Shown here: one piece after another, positions 38,328 to 48,625 of the stretch | Layout of the letters: the number at the start of each line of letters is the position of its first letter | Numbering within the stretch: the first letter of the stretch is position 1 | Program-made: the position numbers and the translations under genes | Assembly: GCA_963849445.1 (NCBI GenBank) | Contig: CAWKHS010000002.1 | Span: 13,222-77,221 of the forward strand | Direction: 5' to 3' | DNA from: an uncultured Acidobacteriaceae bacterium | GTDB lineage: Bacteria > Acidobacteriota > Terriglobia > Bryobacterales > Bryobacteraceae | DNA: 64,000 bases | The notes under the pieces: generated by a model | What the model was told of the DNA's origin: nothing | What the model saw: only the letters and a program-made list of their open reading frames with translations | The model's database searches: none

Positions 38328-39446
38328 CTAATCGGCAATGGATTTCAGCATTTCTGGAAAGTTTCCAATTAGGATAGCGTGTCTGATCCTGCGCATTGTC
38401 TCCAGGAAGTAGTGCACGTTGTGGAGCGTGGCCAATATCGAGAACAAAATCTCGCCGGATTGGAAGAGATGACGCAGGTAAGCGCGCGTGAAGGTTCGGC
38501 AGGTGTAGCAGTTACAGACGGGATCGAGGGGCCTCTCATCCTCTATATATTGGGCCTGCTTGATCATCACTTTGCCGAGCGACGTGAACAGATACCCGTT
38601 GCGGGCATTGCGGGTAGGCAATACGCAATCCATCATGTCGATGCCTTGGGCGACATAGTGGGGCAACTCTTCGGGCATGCCGACGCCCATGACGTAGCGG
38701 GGGCGGTCGCGCGGGAGCAGCGGGGCGGTGACAGCGACCATTTCCTGGCTGAGAGGGCGGGGTTCACCGACAGAGAGGCCGCCGATGGCATAGCCGGGTG
38801 CGTCGAGTTCCAGAAGGCTCTCGGCGCAGGCGGTTCGAAGATCGGGATACATGGAGCCCTGCACGATGGGAAAAAGGGCGCAATGCAGTCCTTTTTCCCG
38901 GCGCAGATAGTGGGCGTAGCCGGATTGGGCCCAGCGGACGGTGCGCTGCATAGACTCGAGAGCATCCTGGTGGGACGCCGGGTAGGCCAGACACTCGTCG
39001 AGAACCATCATGACGTCACTTCCCAGGGCGAGTTGGATATCTACCGTGCTTTCCGGCGTAAACAGGTGCGGATCCCCGTTCAAATGGGAGCGGAACAGCA
39101 CGCCTTCCTCCGTGACTTTGCGTAAACTGTCGAGACTGAACACTTGAAAACCGCCTGAATCGGTGAGAATGGCGCGCGGCCATGCCATGAATTGGTGCAG
39201 GCCGCCCAGGCGCTCGATGCGCTGGTGACCCGGACGAAGAAACAGATGATAGGTATTCGCCAAGATGATGCGGGCGTCGAGCTCGTTCTGGAGGTCGCGC
39301 GGAGTGAGAGCTTTGACCGTGGCTTGCGTCCCGACGGGCATAAAAACGGGCGTTTCGACGGTTCCGTGCGCGGTATGGAGCAAGCCGGCACGAGCGCCGG
39401 TTTCCGGGCAGGTGGCCTGAATTTCGAAACGCAGAGCGGAAGTCAC
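38328..39446 (-). CDS. tgt: tRNA-guanine transglycosylase
   Basis: TPVFMPVGT, TDSGGFQVFS, LDEC, GLSVGE and the CxCxxC zinc site (CNCYTC) are present. Confidence 0.95.
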   Translation of the reverse strand: MTSALRFEIQATCPETGARAGLLHTAHGTVETPVFMPVGTQATVKALTPRDLQNELDARIILANTYHLFLRPGHQRIERLGGLHQFMAWPRAILTDSGGFQVFSLDSLRKVTEEGVLFRSHLNGDPHLFTPESTVDIQLALGSDVMMVLDECLAYPASHQDALESMQRTVRWAQSGYAHYLRREKGLHCALFPIVQGSMYPDLRTACAESLLELDAPGYAIGGLSVGEPRPLSQEMVAVTAPLLPRDRPRYVMGVGMPEELPHYVAQGIDMMDCVLPTRNARNGYLFTSLGKVMIKQAQYIEDERPLDPVCNCYTCRTFTRAYLRHLFQSGEILFSILATLHNVHYFLETMRRIRHAILIGNFPEMLKSIAD

Positions 39447-40180
39447 GTCTTAGTTTCTCGCGCTGAGTGATTGCTACAGCAACCGCTCCAATTCTGTCGC
39501 GGCTCCGCTGCTGCGTCAGGCGGCTTGGGCTCTGGTTGGCGCCGGATGGGTTTCGACGCGGTCCAGATCTTGCTCGAATTGGGCGGTTGAAAATTCGAAG
39601 CCAAACTCGGTGGGACGGACTGGCCGGTTCGTTTCGTTAGCCGCTGCCGTGAGAGCGCTTCCGCTTCCTTTTGTTTGCGGGCTTGCTGCAGTTCGCGGAG
39701 TTCGGCGCGGTCTTTTTCGTAGCGGCGGAACAGGCGGGCTTCCTGGAGCTGCAGATTGCGGAGTTGTTTTTCGTATTTGAGGAACGCTTGCGCCTGGATG
39801 AGGCTGGGGCGGAGGGACGGATCGTATTCGTCAAAGGAATCGGCAAATTCGAGATAGCCTTGGGCGAGAAGGGCGGATTCGAGACAGGGGATGCGCTTTA
39901 AGCGCCACCAGGTATCGGCAATGGATTGGACGAGGTCGGATTCACGGAGGCCGACGGGGGCGTATTCGGCTGCAAAGGCCTGGATGTGGCGTTCGTATTC
40001 GGCGGCATCATCGGCGGGCAGAAGGACGGTGCGGCCGGATCTTTCTCCGGCTTCACCGCGGATTCTCCATCTTTTGCTGCTCGCCCGGCCAAGGTCGTTT
40101 TCGTCGAAAGCCTCTAACTTCACCGGCTGTCCAGCGCGCGTGGACTTCAGCAACGCCTCGACAATACGAATGTCCGCCAT
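39443..40180 (-). pseudogene. Chimeric ORF: tail of the Gfo/Idh/MocA remnant fused to a truncated, frameshifted paralog of the 7909-8541 protein
   Basis: The first ~25 codons (ADIRIVEALLKSTRAGQPVKL) look like an oxidoreductase C-terminus. The middle (TVLLPADDAAEYERH...WWRLKR...coiled coil) parallels 7909-8541. After about 39655 the family-like reading (EFGFEFSTAQFEQDL...TRAQAA-stop at 39516) is in another frame. Confidence 0.55.
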
Positions 40181-40758
40181 ACCCTAATAGCCCGACGGCT
40201 CGGGATTGCGATTTTCTTGGATGCAAAGCGAAAAGTAGTCCGTTTCGCCACCGAACTGATCGACTTTACCGAAGGTTGTCTCCTTCTCCTTTCGTCTATG
40301 GTGATTGTGAGCGTTTTCTTTTCGTGGTAGTCGAAGCCCCGTTTCAATTGGAGCGCGCCTTTAGTACCCACCACTTGATAAGAATCGGCAACCGCCGCGC
40401 CCATGCTGCAGGTGAAGGTGGACAACCGATCTCCCGGAAAGCGCAGGACAGCGGTCGCCATCTCATGCACTTCGCGGAAAGCTCTTTGTGCAGATTGTTG
40501 GGCAACGCGAGATAACAGCGTCGATGTTGCCGTGCCGCAGCAGGCCTTCGTATCCGTCATAATCCGTAATTTCAGAAATGTCGTACTTCTTGCCAAGCTC
40601 CTGGGCTTTTTCGGGATCGTCCGTAACCAATGCGGCCAGCTCAGAATGCTTCGCGCCGTTGAAACCGGGCAAAGCTACTTCCTGCGCAATCGATCCAAGT
40701 CCGACAACCGCGTACGGATCTTCTTCCCGCCGCCTTTATCGCTGCGAAAAAGTGCCAT
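40100..40758 (-). pseudogene. Gfo/Idh/MocA family oxidoreductase remnant (internal deletion, frameshifts, in-frame stop)
   Basis: Rossmann N-terminus KKIR/AVVGLGSIAQEVALPGFNGAKHSELAALVTDDPEKAQELG..IDAV/YLALPNNLH is joined directly to C-terminal-domain sequence ATAVLRFPGDRLSTFTCS...GTKGAL. My estimate is that about 170 aa of the core are missing. PSGY-TAG-GMADIRIVEAL carries an in-frame stop. Confidence 0.65.
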
Positions 40759-40884
40759 CGCTTCCGTCCTCTACTTGGGTCGATGCTTTCGCCTGGCCTT
40801 GTTTCGAATCTGGTCTTGACGTGGCGAACTTGCAACTTTATAATTCAAAGTACTCGGACTTACTCAAACAAAAGAGTTCCTGCT

Positions 40885-41229
40885 ATGAACAAGCTCGCTG
40901 TCTTCTCATGCTTCGGTGCCCTGGCCGCTGGCCTCTACACCGCCTATATCGATTTCAACGCCACTCAGGTCCAAGCGCCCCTCCTCGTGATTCTCGCAAG
41001 CACCTTCCTGCTGGGAATCCTCTATGGCCGACTCGGCTGGCTATGGGCTCTCATCGTGGCGGGCTGCTTGACCGGCGCACACCTCCTCGCTCCGCATTTC
41101 GGTATCCTGCCACGTGATGGGGACCATATCGGCAACCCTCTGTCGCTGATGATCCTTGCGGTTCCTGCCGCAGTCAGCGCTTATTTCGGAGCGGGCGTTC
41201 GCTGGATCGTAGGTCATAGAGGGGCCTAA
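40885..41229 (+). CDS. Hypothetical membrane protein (about 4 TM)
   Basis: 114 aa from the internal ATG, hydrophobic throughout. It lies upstream of the copper cluster. Confidence 0.45.
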   Translation: MNKLAVFSCFGALAAGLYTAYIDFNATQVQAPLLVILASTFLLGILYGRLGWLWALIVAGCLTGAHLLAPHFGILPRDGDHIGNPLSLMILAVPAAVSAYFGAGVRWIVGHRGA

Positions 41230-41256
41230 CGCGCGTGTTACTGTCAACACATAGGA

Positions 41257-41616
41257 ATGATCCCGTTCCGGCTTAGATTCGTTCTACTGCTGCTGGTTCC
41301 CGGGCTACTGTTAAGCGGTCAATGCTACATCAACTGCGCCAACTTGAGCGGCGCGCCGCATTGCATTCGCGCTGACGGTCATTGTCCGCATCACACGCAA
41401 ACTCCGGCCCGGCCCGAACGGAGCTGTCATCATCACCAAACCTCAGAGTTTTCGAGCCCCGAACAAGGATTGCGTTTCACGCCTGCCGGTAGCTCCGATC
41501 TGCCGTTGGTTTTCACGCCCATATCGAGCGTTGGCTTGATCCACGCCGTGTCAGTGTCCGAAGCCGCGCCGCCCGGCACGGCACCTCCGCTGGCTTCCTC
41601 CGTTCTCCGTATCTGA
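41257..41616 (+). CDS. Secreted Cys/His-rich small protein (putative metal-binding accessory protein)
   Basis: The signal peptide is followed by CYINC, HCIRADGHCPHH and CHHHQ clusters. It sits immediately upstream of the multicopper oxidase. Confidence 0.45.
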   Translation: MIPFRLRFVLLLLVPGLLLSGQCYINCANLSGAPHCIRADGHCPHHTQTPARPERSCHHHQTSEFSSPEQGLRFTPAGSSDLPLVFTPISSVGLIHAVSVSEAAPPGTAPPLASSVLRI

Positions 41617-41704
41617 TTTCTCCGCTGAGCTAAATCCTTGACCTCGGCACGCGCCCAATCGCATGCGTGCCGGCCTATTTTATTTCAGCTTCAGGAGAAA
41701 GCAG

Positions 41705-42943
41705 ATGAACGACCGTCGATCTTTTGTTCAAAACGCCCTAAATATCGGAGCCGGACTGCTGTCCGCTTCCAAGCTTCGCGCTGTCCCTGCGACTACACAT
41801 CCAGTGCGCGTGCAAACGCCCAACTTACCGGACCTGCCATTTACTTTGGAGAACGGCACCAAGGTCTTTCATCTGATCGCCGAGCCGGTTCGGCAACAGA
41901 TCGCGCCCGGCAAAACCGCGAGTCTGTGGGGGTTCAATGGCAGCAGCCCAGGACCTACTATTCAGGTGACGGAAGGCGATCGCGTCCGGATCATTGTCGA
42001 GAATCACCTGCCCGAAGCAACATCCATGCACTGGCACGGGTTTGAGATCCCGATCGACATGGACGGCTCACCCAGCATCAGCCAGCAGCCGATTCCACCA
42101 GGGGGCCGCTTCATCTACGAATTCACGCTGCATCAGCAGGGCACGTATTTTTATCACTCCCACATGGCCATGCAAGAGATGATCGGCAGCTTGGGCGCGT
42201 TCATCATGCATCCGAAAACTTCTTACTCACCTCAGGTCGATAAAGACTTCGTCGTCATGCTGCAGGAATACGCCATTCTCCCCAACAATACGGTTCCGAA
42301 CACGATGAACATGGAATTCAACTGGCTCGTCATCAACGGGAAAGCGGGACCCGCGGTCACGCCGATGATTGTGCGCCTGGGAGATCGCGTTCGGATTCGC
42401 ATCATCAATCTCGGGATGGATCACCATCCCATGCACCTCCACGGCAACACGTTTCAGGTCACAGGAACCGAAGGCGGCCGCATCCCTGAAACCGCCTGGT
42501 TTCCTGGCAACACAGTGCTGGTGGGAGTCGCACAGGCGCGCGATATCGAGTTCCACGCCAAATATCCCGGCGACTGGATGTTCCATTGCCACCTGCCGCA
42601 CCACATGATGAACCAGATGTCGTCGAACGGGCCGGCCGGCCAGCCAATTTCCAACGCGCCGCTGTCTCACACAGCGATGCCTGGTATGAACATGCACGGT
42701 GTAGCTCCCGGTGCAAACAAGGTTCCCGGTTTTCCGCAAGACGCCTACATGGAAGGCCCGATGATGGCCATGGACGACATGGTGAAGAAGCCTGAAAACT
42801 CCGGCTTGCCCGCGGGTTGGAGCGGATTTGCGCAAGGCATGATGACCTTCGTGCGTGTCTTGCCTCCCGACAAGTATGACCGGATCATGCAGCAAATTCA
42901 TAAAGGCGATATGTCGATGCCGGGCATGCGGATGGAGCCATGA
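41705..42943 (+). CDS. Multicopper oxidase (CopA/PcoA-like) with Tat signal and Met-rich tail
   Basis: The leader is MNDRRSFVQNAL. The copper sites are HWHG, HSHM, HPMHLHG and HCHLPHHM. The C-terminus carries MPGMNMHG and MSMPGMRM. Confidence 0.85.
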   Translation: MNDRRSFVQNALNIGAGLLSASKLRAVPATTHPVRVQTPNLPDLPFTLENGTKVFHLIAEPVRQQIAPGKTASLWGFNGSSPGPTIQVTEGDRVRIIVENHLPEATSMHWHGFEIPIDMDGSPSISQQPIPPGGRFIYEFTLHQQGTYFYHSHMAMQEMIGSLGAFIMHPKTSYSPQVDKDFVVMLQEYAILPNNTVPNTMNMEFNWLVINGKAGPAVTPMIVRLGDRVRIRIINLGMDHHPMHLHGNTFQVTGTEGGRIPETAWFPGNTVLVGVAQARDIEFHAKYPGDWMFHCHLPHHMMNQMSSNGPAGQPISNAPLSHTAMPGMNMHGVAPGANKVPGFPQDAYMEGPMMAMDDMVKKPENSGLPAGWSGFAQGMMTFVRVLPPDKYDRIMQQIHKGDMSMPGMRMEP

Positions 42944-44247
42944 AGAACCGCATTTTCTGCCTTTTACTCGTTGCCGCGACCGCCGCCTGCGCGCAAACGC
43001 CGCTCGATCTGTTGAAAGAAGCCTCCGAACGTCCGCGCCTTTCGCTGTCAGATTTCGAGACATTTGCGCTCGCGTCAAATCCCACTCTGCAGCAAGCCGC
43101 TGCACTTACACGTGAATCCGCGGCGCGAGCCGCGCAAGCCGCCCTGCTGCCGAATCCAACCATCGGCTATCAGGGAGAACACATCCGCGGCGGCTCGTTT
43201 GGCGGCGGCGAACAGGGCGCTTTTCTCCAGCAAGACATCGTTCTGGGCGGTAAACCCGGATTACGCAAGAACGTGTATCGGCAACAAGGCCGTTCTGACG
43301 AAATCGGGGCGAGGGAACAGCGTTCGCGCGTCCTCAGCGGTATCGGGCAACAGTTCTATTCCGCACTGGCCGCGCAGGAAGCGGTGACACTGCGCCGGGA
43401 CCTTCTCGATATCGCGGGCAAGACCGTCGAAACCGCTCATCAACTCGCGAACATCGGGCAAGCCGATGAGCCCGATATTCTGCAAGCGGAAGTCGAAGCC
43501 GACCAAACCTCCATCGATTACACAACCGCCCAGCGCCAGTACATAGCAGAGTTTGATGGCTTGGCAGCCGCTTCCGGTAAACCCGACCTGCCACTTGCCG
43601 CATTGGCCGGCAGCCTGGAGACGGTTCCCACAATCGATACGGACCACATCATCGACACCATCCTGCGCGACAGTCCTTCCCTGAAGCGCGCGCAACAAGA
43701 CGTACTGAGCGCCGAAGCGGAATGGAAAGCCGCCAAACGGGAAAGCGTTCCGGATCTCCAGCTTCGCGGCGGCTTAGAGCAAGCCAACGAATTGCTCGTG
43801 GCGGGTCAGCCAAATCGAGTGGTCGGCCTGGAGGGGTTTGCCACGGCAGGCGTCACCTTGCCCCTCTTCAATCGCAATCAAGGAAACATAGCCGCCGCCC
43901 AAGCCGCGATAGAACGCGCCCGCGCCGAAGTGACACGGGTCGAACTCTCGCTACGCCAAACCGCCAACAAGTTTCTCGAACAGTACCTCGCCCGTCGCGA
44001 CGAAGCGGCTCTCTATCGCGATCGAATGATCCCGAGAGCCAAGCGAGCTTACGAACTCTACCTCAATAAATACAACCACATGGCCGCCGCTTACCCACAG
44101 GTGCTTATCGCGCAACGCACGCTGTTCCAGCTCCAGGTCTCGTATATAGAGGTGCTGAAAAATCTCTGGACGGCTTCGGTTGCTCTCCAGAACTACACGG
44201 TTTCAGATCCGTTGAACGCGGTCGCATCGAGCAGCAGTTCTCGATAA
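42940..44247 (+). CDS. TolC family outer membrane efflux protein (CusC-like)
   Basis: 435 aa with a signal peptide and two OEP repeats (NPTLQQA..., ..LFNRNQG..). The ATG overlaps the oxidase stop (ATGA). Confidence 0.8.
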   Translation: MKNRIFCLLLVAATAACAQTPLDLLKEASERPRLSLSDFETFALASNPTLQQAAALTRESAARAAQAALLPNPTIGYQGEHIRGGSFGGGEQGAFLQQDIVLGGKPGLRKNVYRQQGRSDEIGAREQRSRVLSGIGQQFYSALAAQEAVTLRRDLLDIAGKTVETAHQLANIGQADEPDILQAEVEADQTSIDYTTAQRQYIAEFDGLAAASGKPDLPLAALAGSLETVPTIDTDHIIDTILRDSPSLKRAQQDVLSAEAEWKAAKRESVPDLQLRGGLEQANELLVAGQPNRVVGLEGFATAGVTLPLFNRNQGNIAAAQAAIERARAEVTRVELSLRQTANKFLEQYLARRDEAALYRDRMIPRAKRAYELYLNKYNHMAAAYPQVLIAQRTLFQLQVSYIEVLKNLWTASVALQNYTVSDPLNAVASSSSSR

Positions 44248-44257
44248 TCAAAGAGAA

Positions 44258-46609
44258 ATGAGCGCGCTAGCGATTGACCCTGTTTGCGGTATGAAGGTGG
44301 ACCCGGAAAAGGCGCCGGCGCAGACGGAATATCAGGGCAAAACGTACTACTTCTGCATGCCGGGCTGCAAAACGAAATTCGAAGCAAACCCCGCGCAATA
44401 TCTTGACTCCGAAGCCGGCAGCCAAATCTCGTGCAACTCGGGGGCATTGCACCCGCACCAGCGGCCCCGCCTGCGAACTCTCAATCGTCAACCGCTGAAT
44501 ACACCTGCCCCATGCATCCGGAAGTGCGCCAGCGCGGCCCTGGCTCCTGTCCTAAATGCGGCATGGCGCTCGAACCTCTCGAAATTAGTGGCGAGGATGA
44601 AGCGAATCCTGAGCTTGAAGACATGCAGCGCCGGTTCAATGTGTCGCTCGCGCTTACGGTTCCGTTTCTCGTCTTGATGCTCCTCGAGATGCTGGCAAGT
44701 CACTCGGCGCAGCAGTGGACGTCGACGCCTGTCGCAGCTTGGTTCCAATTGGCGCTCGCCACACCCGTCGTTCTGTGGGGCGGCTGGCCATTCTTTGAAC
44801 GCGGCTGGGCCTCACTCGTCAGTCGTCACTTCAACATGTTCACGCTCATCGCCTTGGGAACGGGTGCGTCGTATGTCTTTAGCGTCGTCGCGGTACTGTT
44901 GCCGCAATCCATTCCCGCTTCCTTCCGCAATGCCATGGGAAATCTGCCCCTCTACTTTGAGCCTGCGGCCGTGATCACAACGCTGGTGCTGCTGGGCCAG
45001 GTGCTCGAGTTGCGCGCGCGCGCTCAAACCGGTACCGCCCTTAAAGCACTTCTCAACCTGGCCCCCAAGACCGCGCGCCTCGTTCAAAATGGCTCAGAGC
45101 GCGACGTCGCCGTTGCCGAAATCAAAATAGGCGATCGCCTCCGTGTTCGCCCCGGCGAGAAGATTCCTATCGACGGCATCGTTCGAGACGGCTCTAGCGC
45201 GGTGGACGAATCTATGGTCACGGGCGAACCCCTCGCTGTGAGGAAATCGCCCGGCGATCGCGTTACCGGCGGTACACTGAACGGCACCGGAAGCTTTGTG
45301 TTCGAAGCCGACCGCATCGGCCGCGATACGCTCCTCAGTCAGATCGTGCGCCTGGTCAGCGAGGCTCAACGCACCCGCGCACCGATTCAGCGGCTCGCGG
45401 ACCTGGTCGCCTCGTACTTCGTTCCTGCCGTCATTCTTGCGGCCGCCATCACATTCGCTGTTTGGGGGATCTATGGCCCGGAACCGAGACTGAGCCATGC
45501 GCTGGTGAATGCCGTGGCCGTGCTCATCATTGCTTGTCCCTGCGCACTAGGCCTCGCGACGCCGATGTCCATCATGGTCGGCACCGGTCGCGGCGCGACC
45601 TCAGGTGTTTTAATCCGCAACGCCGAAGCGCTCGAGGTTCTGAGCAAAGTGGACACGCTCATTATCGATAAGACCGGGACGCTGACAGAAGGTAAACCGA
45701 AGGTAACGGCCATCGTTCGCGCTGAACGGGTTCGAAGAAAATCAAGTCCTGCAGTTCGCCGCCAGTCTAGAACGGTCGAGCGAGCATCCACTGGCCGCGG
45801 CCGTCCTGAGCGCCGCGGCCGAGCGCAACCTAACACTCGAAAGCGTCACGAACTTTCAATCCATCACTGGCAAAGGCATTACGGGCTTTGTCAACGGCCA
45901 TGAGGTGCGTGTGGGCAACATGGCGCTGTTACGCGATTCCAAGATTGCGGTAGAAGATCTTACCGCGCACGCGGAAAAGCTGCGTGGCGAAGGCGCCTCT
46001 GTCATCTTCGTCGCCATCGGCGATCAACCTGCGGGCGTGCTAGCGGTTGCGGATCCCGTCAAGCGTTCCACTGCCAAAGCTATCCAGCTTCTACACGGCG
46101 AAGGATTGCGCATCGCGATGCTCACCGGCGATCATCGATCCACCGCGCTCGCCATCGCCAAACAGCTCGGAATCGACGAAGTCGAAGCTGAAGTTCTTCC
46201 ACACGACAAAGCCGCCGTTATCAGGAAACACCAAGCAAACAATCACATGGTCGCTATGGCAGGCGACGGCATCAACGACGCGCCCGCGCTTGCGGCCGCT
46301 CAGGTCGGCATTGCCATGGGTACTGGGACCGACATCGCCATTGAAAGCGCCGGCATCACGCTAGTGCGCGGCGACCTGCTTGGCATCGTCCGCGCTTTGC
46401 GTCTCAGCCGAGCCACGGTCCGCAACATTCGGCAAAACCTCTTCTTTGCGTTCGTCTACAACATCCTCGGCGTGCCGATTGCGGCGGGCATTCTCTATCC
46501 GTTCTTCGGAATTCTTCTCAGCCCGATGATCGCCAGCGCGGCCATGACGTTCAGCTCCGTATCCGTCATCACGAATGCTCTGCGGTTACGCAACATCGAA
46601 CTCGTGTAA
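44258..46609 (+). pseudogene. copA: Copper-translocating P-type ATPase with YHS/TRASH N-terminus, apparently with two frameshifts
   Basis: DPVCGMKV...YYFCMPGC is the YHS domain in frame 2. YTCPMHPEV...CPC...[11 protein letters not shown] reads in frame 1. [25 protein letters not shown]...[10 protein letters not shown]... reads in frame 2. The junctions are near 44407-44470 and 45715-45722. Confidence 0.85.
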
Positions 46610-47152
46610 TCAGTTTTCCTTGCCTTTGAACTTAGCGATTGCGTTCTGCAGCAGCTCCAGCGCCTTCTCCGGGCCTTCCACGCCCTTCACTTCATCCTGC
46701 TTTTCTGAGTTCTTGTTATACAGACCCATGAATTCGGTGATCTGCTGAAGGAAGTCTTGGTTCACTTCCTCGATCGACTTCACACCTTTGTACTGATCCG
46801 ACTGCACTGTCACGCCAATCAGCCGGTCATTCTCGGACTTCTTGCCGTTCTCCGTCTGGACCAGCTTGATGACGCCGATAATTCGCACTGTCAGGAGGCA
46901 TCCCACGTGCGCCGGTTCATCCATCAGCACAATCATGTCCAGCGGATCGCCGTCATCGGCTACGGTCGAAGGAATGAAGCCAAAGTCGAACGGAAAGATA
47001 AATCCTTGCGGAAGGACACGCGATAAAGAGAATAATCCCTCGTCGTGCTCATATTTGAACTTATTCCTGCGCCCTTTCGGCGTCTCAATGATCGCCCTGC
47101 AGGTCTTCTCGCGCTTGTCTAGCTTATGCGGCAATCGGCTGATGTCATCCAT
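46610..47152 (-). CDS. ppa: Inorganic diphosphatase (family I)
   Basis: IETPKGRRNKFKYE, FPFDFGFIPST and DGDPLDMIVL are present. Confidence 0.85.
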   Translation of the reverse strand: MDDISRLPHKLDKREKTCRAIIETPKGRRNKFKYEHDEGLFSLSRVLPQGFIFPFDFGFIPSTVADDGDPLDMIVLMDEPAHVGCLLTVRIIGVIKLVQTENGKKSENDRLIGVTVQSDQYKGVKSIEEVNQDFLQQITEFMGLYNKNSEKQDEVKGVEGPEKALELLQNAIAKFKGKEN

Positions 47153-47243
47153 ACGGCTTCGATTGTAGTCCGCGCAAAGAAGAGGAGAGAAGGAATTTGT
47201 GCCTAAGTGTACGCGGTACCGGTTAGAGTACCGGCAAACAAGA

Positions 47244-47275
47244 AACGCCGGTGATCTCTGTAGATCACCGGCGTT
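47244..47275 (-). terminator. Rho-independent terminator-like hairpin
   Basis: A perfect 14-bp stem, aacgccggtgatct-ctgt-agatcaccggcgtt. On the minus strand it is followed by tcttgttt. It lies 25 nt after the 47300 stop. Confidence 0.55.
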
Positions 47276-47299
47276 GCGGAGCGGTGCTGCCGCGAACTG

Positions 47300-47722
47300 T
47301 TACCGTGCTGTCAGGCGGACAGAGCGGATTTGTGTCGACAGTCCCATTTTGCGAGTCAGGTTGTCATGGGCCGGCGCGTATACCGCGTATGCCGCTTTGT
47401 CCGGCATCCAGATTGTAGAAAGAACACAATCGTCACCGTAACAAGTGAAAGTAAGCCGCGGATTATTCACCTTACTTTCATCCCCCGGACTCGTCTTGAC
47501 AAAGATGCCGTGACCCGTGCTGTTTTCACGGATTGTAACTATACCGCCGGTCACACTGCGCGTAACTGTGTATTGACCTGCGGGTAAGTGTGTGTCGTTG
47601 GCTTGAAATGCGAATGGGACATTCGCGATCTCGGTTCGGTCTTGCTGCGCGCTGAGCGTCGGGCTCCCCAACATAGCGGAGAGGCCAGCCGTCAGAACGA
47701 GATATGTGAAGTGGCGCTTCAT
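47300..47722 (-). CDS. Secreted hypothetical protein
   Basis: The signal peptide is MKRHFTYLVLTAGLSAMLGSPTLSA. Length is 140 aa. No recognisable family. Confidence 0.5.
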   Translation of the reverse strand: MKRHFTYLVLTAGLSAMLGSPTLSAQQDRTEIANVPFAFQANDTHLPAGQYTVTRSVTGGIVTIRENSTGHGIFVKTSPGDESKVNNPRLTFTCYGDDCVLSTIWMPDKAAYAVYAPAHDNLTRKMGLSTQIRSVRLTAR

Positions 47723-47980
47723 ACTGAGTCTCCTTAATTGAACATTCAGAAATCGTTCCGGATTTCCGATCTCTCCAGCGTTTCCGTTGGGTGATGCCAT
47801 TCTCAGAGCGCTTGTGCAGCCATCGGCCGCGTTCACACGTTTTCAACAACTTCGCCGCCAGCGCCATGCGTTTATGGAACAAGCCGGTTAATCTCTGCTG
47901 CGCGATTAGATAACATCGGTGCTGGTAGCGTATGCGAAGCTGTAATTTTCTGCTCGCCTACCAATAGGAGAACACTATAA

Positions 47981-48487
47981 ATGAAACTGCTTGTCTCGGG
48001 TTTATTTTGCTGCGCGATGGTTACCGCGCCAGCATTCGCACAAAACACCGGGTCTGCCGCAACAACTGACCAGGCGTTCGTCAATCTGGCTGCACAAACG
48101 GATATGACTGAGGCCCACCTGGGTCAAATGGCGGCGGACCAAGCCGCCTCACAAGACGTCAAGGATTACGCGCAGATGCTGGTATCAGATCATACGAACG
48201 ACTACAACAAACTGACTGCGCTTGCGCAAAAGGCCGGTCTAACAGTCCCGACGGGAATCGATGCGCAGCACAATAAGATGATCGCCCCGTTCGAAAAGCT
48301 GAAGGCAAAAGCGTTCGATCACCGCTACATCCACGAGATGGTCGCGGGACATGAAACGGCCATTGCTGCCTTCAATAAAGAGGCGCGCGACGGTCAAAAC
48401 GCCGACGTAAAAGCGTACGCTCAAGAGGATATCGCCACGCTCGAGAAACACAAGGCAGGCGCGGAGAAGCTGGAAAAGGCGAAGTAA
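47981..48487 (+). CDS. DUF4142 domain protein
   Basis: A signal peptide is followed by two repeats of the type D..F...AAQ..M.E..LGQMA / DH...Y..L and F D..Y...MV.GH, typical of DUF4142. Confidence 0.75.
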   Translation: MKLLVSGLFCCAMVTAPAFAQNTGSAATTDQAFVNLAAQTDMTEAHLGQMAADQAASQDVKDYAQMLVSDHTNDYNKLTALAQKAGLTVPTGIDAQHNKMIAPFEKLKAKAFDHRYIHEMVAGHETAIAAFNKEARDGQNADVKAYAQEDIATLEKHKAGAEKLEKAK

Positions 48488-48625
48488 GCCCCGCAGACCG
48501 AACGCCGAGACGCTCGTCGCCCGATCCGCTTCCGCTTACTTTTTACGACCTGCTTGCCGCACCATCTCCGGTTGACCGGCAAGCAGGCGTACGTGTCAGC
48601 GGCGCTGCTAGTGGCCGATCGATCT

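Noticed and set aside
48549-48587. An 11-bp-stem hairpin (cctgcttgccg...cggcaagcagg) between the convergent DUF4142 and YkgJ genes, considered as a terminator
   Set aside because: The loop is 17 nt. The only T-run is on the wrong side for either transcription direction. It may still be a structural element, but it is not a canonical intrinsic terminator.
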